DNA from: Thermodesulfobacteriota bacterium
GTDB lineage: Bacteria; Desulfobacterota_D; UBA1144; Nemesobacterales; Mycalebacteriaceae
Assembly (NCBI GenBank): GCA_965205855.1
Contig: OZ242184.1
Coordinates: 256,001-320,000 of the forward strand
Direction of reading: 5' to 3'
DNA: 64,000 nt
Under the pieces are notes generated by a model. It did not search any database and was not told where the DNA came from. It worked only from the letters and a program-made list of their open reading frames with translations. A program made the position numbers and the translations under genes. Shown here in pieces: positions 62,402 through 64,000 of the stretch. Positions within the stretch are counted from its first letter, which is position 1. Each line of letters begins with the position of its first letter.

Positions 62402-62827
62402 ATGAACTTCGACACAACTCAAGCTGATATAGAATTCAAAAATCAAATGGAATCGTGCGATTTCCCGGCATCGGATTTCAATCACCGCGCACATTTGCGC
62501 CTCGCGTATACTTACCTGGCCAATAATAATACCGAAAGATCATCAGAATTAATGCGAGATACGTTAAAGCGCTTTCTTATTCACAATGGTGTCGATCCTT
62601 CAAAGTTTCACGCAACTCTAACGAAAGCATGGATACTGGCAGTGCATCATTTTATGAATAGTACTGGAGATTCTAAATCAGCAGACGAGTTTATCGATAG
62701 GAATCCCGAAATGCTCAATACAAAGATAATGATGACTCACTATTCTGCTGAAGTATTATTTTCTGATGAGGCAAGGGTTGCATTTGTACAACCTAACCTT
62801 GACCCAATACTCAGGCATAGAGAATAG
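62402..62827 (+). CDS. Cassette 13: hypothetical protein
   Basis: FNHRAHLRLAY...KFHATLT...HYS...FVQPNL; bounded by attC sites. Confidence 0.75.
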   Translation: MNFDTTQADIEFKNQMESCDFPASDFNHRAHLRLAYTYLANNNTERSSELMRDTLKRFLIHNGVDPSKFHATLTKAWILAVHHFMNSTGDSKSADEFIDRNPEMLNTKIMMTHYSAEVLFSDEARVAFVQPNLDPILRHRE

Positions 62828-62829
62828 AT

Positions 62830-62902
62830 GCCTAACAAGCGCATGCAGTCGGACTGCCAAACCGTTGCGCGCTTTGTCAGCCGGTGATGCGTGGCGTTAT
62901 GA
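62830..62902 (+). other. attC13
   Basis: GCCTAAC...ATGCAGTCGG/CCGGTGAT...GTTATGA. Confidence 0.88.
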
Positions 62903-62909
62903 GTACAAG

Positions 62910-63237
62910 ATGAAAAAAATTGTCGCAATGATAATATTTCTGACATCCAGATATGTTTCTGCAAATGACATTTGCACTGCTGTAGCTGGTGCTAGTGTCA
63001 TCGCAAATAATGGTAAGTATCTTGGTGAAATTGGAAGTGAATATGAACTCTGAATCGATATTTAATGAATATGGCACATATGGGAGTGAATATAGTTCCG
63101 ACAGCATTTGGAATGAATACGGTCCGTATGGAGGAGAATACTCATCCAATTCACCATTCAACTCTTATATATCAGCCCCACCGGTGTTGGTGAAAAATGG
63201 TAGGGCAATTGCGTATCTTAGAGTTAATAAATTCTTA
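62910..63237 (+). pseudogene. Cassette 14: secreted protein with NEYGxYGxEYS repeats, frameshifted and 3'-truncated
   Basis: MKKIVAM...YLGEIGSEY then, after an extra G near 63046, NSESIFNEYGTYGSEYSSDSIWNEYGPYGGEYS; runs directly into a half attC. Confidence 0.7.
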
Positions 63238-63257
63238 GCTGAATTTAGACGTTATGT
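63238..63257 (+). other. Right half of attC14 (left arm deleted)
   Basis: GCTGAATTTAGACGTTATGT resembles the attC3/6/11 right arms; the expected TCATAAC is absent. Confidence 0.7.
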
Positions 63258-63293
63258 GCTAATTTTATGCAATAGACTTCTGAGGATGAAAAA

Positions 63294-63707
63294 ATGAGAG
63301 CATTAATTTGGTTAATACTGATGACTTTGTTTGTGCCGTTGGTTTCTGCTGAAGAGATCGAAACTGCTATTGTATCCAATACCTTAGCCAAGTCGACACA
63401 TAGCTGGGATGGAAGTCAGCTTCCGTCATATCCAGATGGTCAGCCAGAAGTGACGATATTAAAAATAACAATCCCGGCCGGGGTCAAGTTACCACTTCAT
63501 CAGCACCCGTTCATTAATGCAGGAGTATTAACAAAAGGTGAGTTGACGGTAGTCACTAAAACAGGTGAGAAACTGCTCATGTCGGCAGGCGACACCATTG
63601 TTGAAGTAGTAAATAAATGGCATTTTGGTGAGAACAGTGGAAGCGTACCAGCAGAAATTATAGTGTTTTATTCTGGTATCAAAGGGCAACCAATTACAGT
63701 TAAATAG
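63294..63707 (+). CDS. Cassette 15: exported cupin-domain protein
   Basis: Signal peptide; LPLHQHP...GEL...EVVNKWHFGEN. Confidence 0.85.
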   Translation: MRALIWLILMTLFVPLVSAEEIETAIVSNTLAKSTHSWDGSQLPSYPDGQPEVTILKITIPAGVKLPLHQHPFINAGVLTKGELTVVTKTGEKLLMSAGDTIVEVVNKWHFGENSGSVPAEIIVFYSGIKGQPITVK

Positions 63708-63712
63708 TTCGC

Positions 63713-63892
63713 ACATAACAAGCAATTCTAACGGCAGGCGACAATGGATATTGTCTTTGTGAGACTACGACGCTTCGTGCTCCATCTAACAAAGACAATC
63801 AACGGGAATTTTTTAAATGCGCTTACAGGTAATCCTATGTTAAAAACTCCCGTTATAGTCGGCTACCGTTATAGTTCTCCAGTATCTTAGGT
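63713..63892 (+). other. attC15: long, branched, with degenerate R'
   Basis: ACATAAC matches the cassette start GTTATGT; outer stem TAACGG/CCGTTA encloses two hairpins; ends CTTAGGT instead of GTTAGGT. Confidence 0.55.
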
Positions 63893-63902
63893 GCCAAGGA
63901 AT

Positions 63903-64000
63903 ATGAATATTTCAAGTAGTGAAAAAGTGAGCAATTTTCTTTCTGATGTACAAGCACTATCCACTGATCAGTTTGATATGTTGATTTCAATAAGAGATAT
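63903..64000 (+). CDS. Cassette 16: partial ORF, possibly DUF1801-like
   Basis: SD AAGGA plus MNISSSEKVSNFLSDVQALSTDQFDMLISIRD, open to the window end. Confidence 0.45.
   Translation, partial: MNISSSEKVSNFLSDVQALSTDQFDMLISIRD

Larger units (their letters stand above)
46964..64000. mobile_element. Integron with at least 15 gene cassettes, continuing beyond the window
   Basis: intI plus co-oriented ORFs each followed by RYYYAAC...GTTRRRY imperfect palindromes. Confidence 0.95.

Overview
The window has two parts. (1) About 1-44800 is a gene-dense, moderately GC-rich bacterial core chromosome. It carries a YyaL-type thioredoxin-domain gene, znuA/zur/znuCB with a perfect Zur box, a small heavy-metal operon, three tRNAs, leuS, thrS-infC-rpmI-rplT, gcvTHP, surA-like, mfd, leuB, truA, an S41 peptidase, thiI, nadE, gltBD and tyrS. 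The gene set looks deltaproteobacteria/Dadabacteria-like, but that is a weak inference. (2) From about 44800 to the end is an AT-richer accessory region. It starts with an AAA-wHTH ATPase whose promoter is covered by a strictly 10-bp-phased CTTATA array, followed by a scar of three fused gene fragments (HsdR_N, Fic, ttcA). Next is an integron: intact intI, a putative attI, and at least 15 cassettes plus the start of a 16th. Cassettes include two methyltransferase+HNH pairs, DarTG with an unusual HhH-tailed DarG, a GIY-YIG mini-protein, YnfA and a CDGSH-glutamate-synthase-like protein. The most striking element is a 597-nt ORF-less group IIC intron inserted on the bottom strand exactly at TTGT/T inside the first attC site, with EBS1, DV and DVI apparently intact. 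Several cassettes and attC sites show decay. All calls come from reading motifs by eye; no database searches were run.
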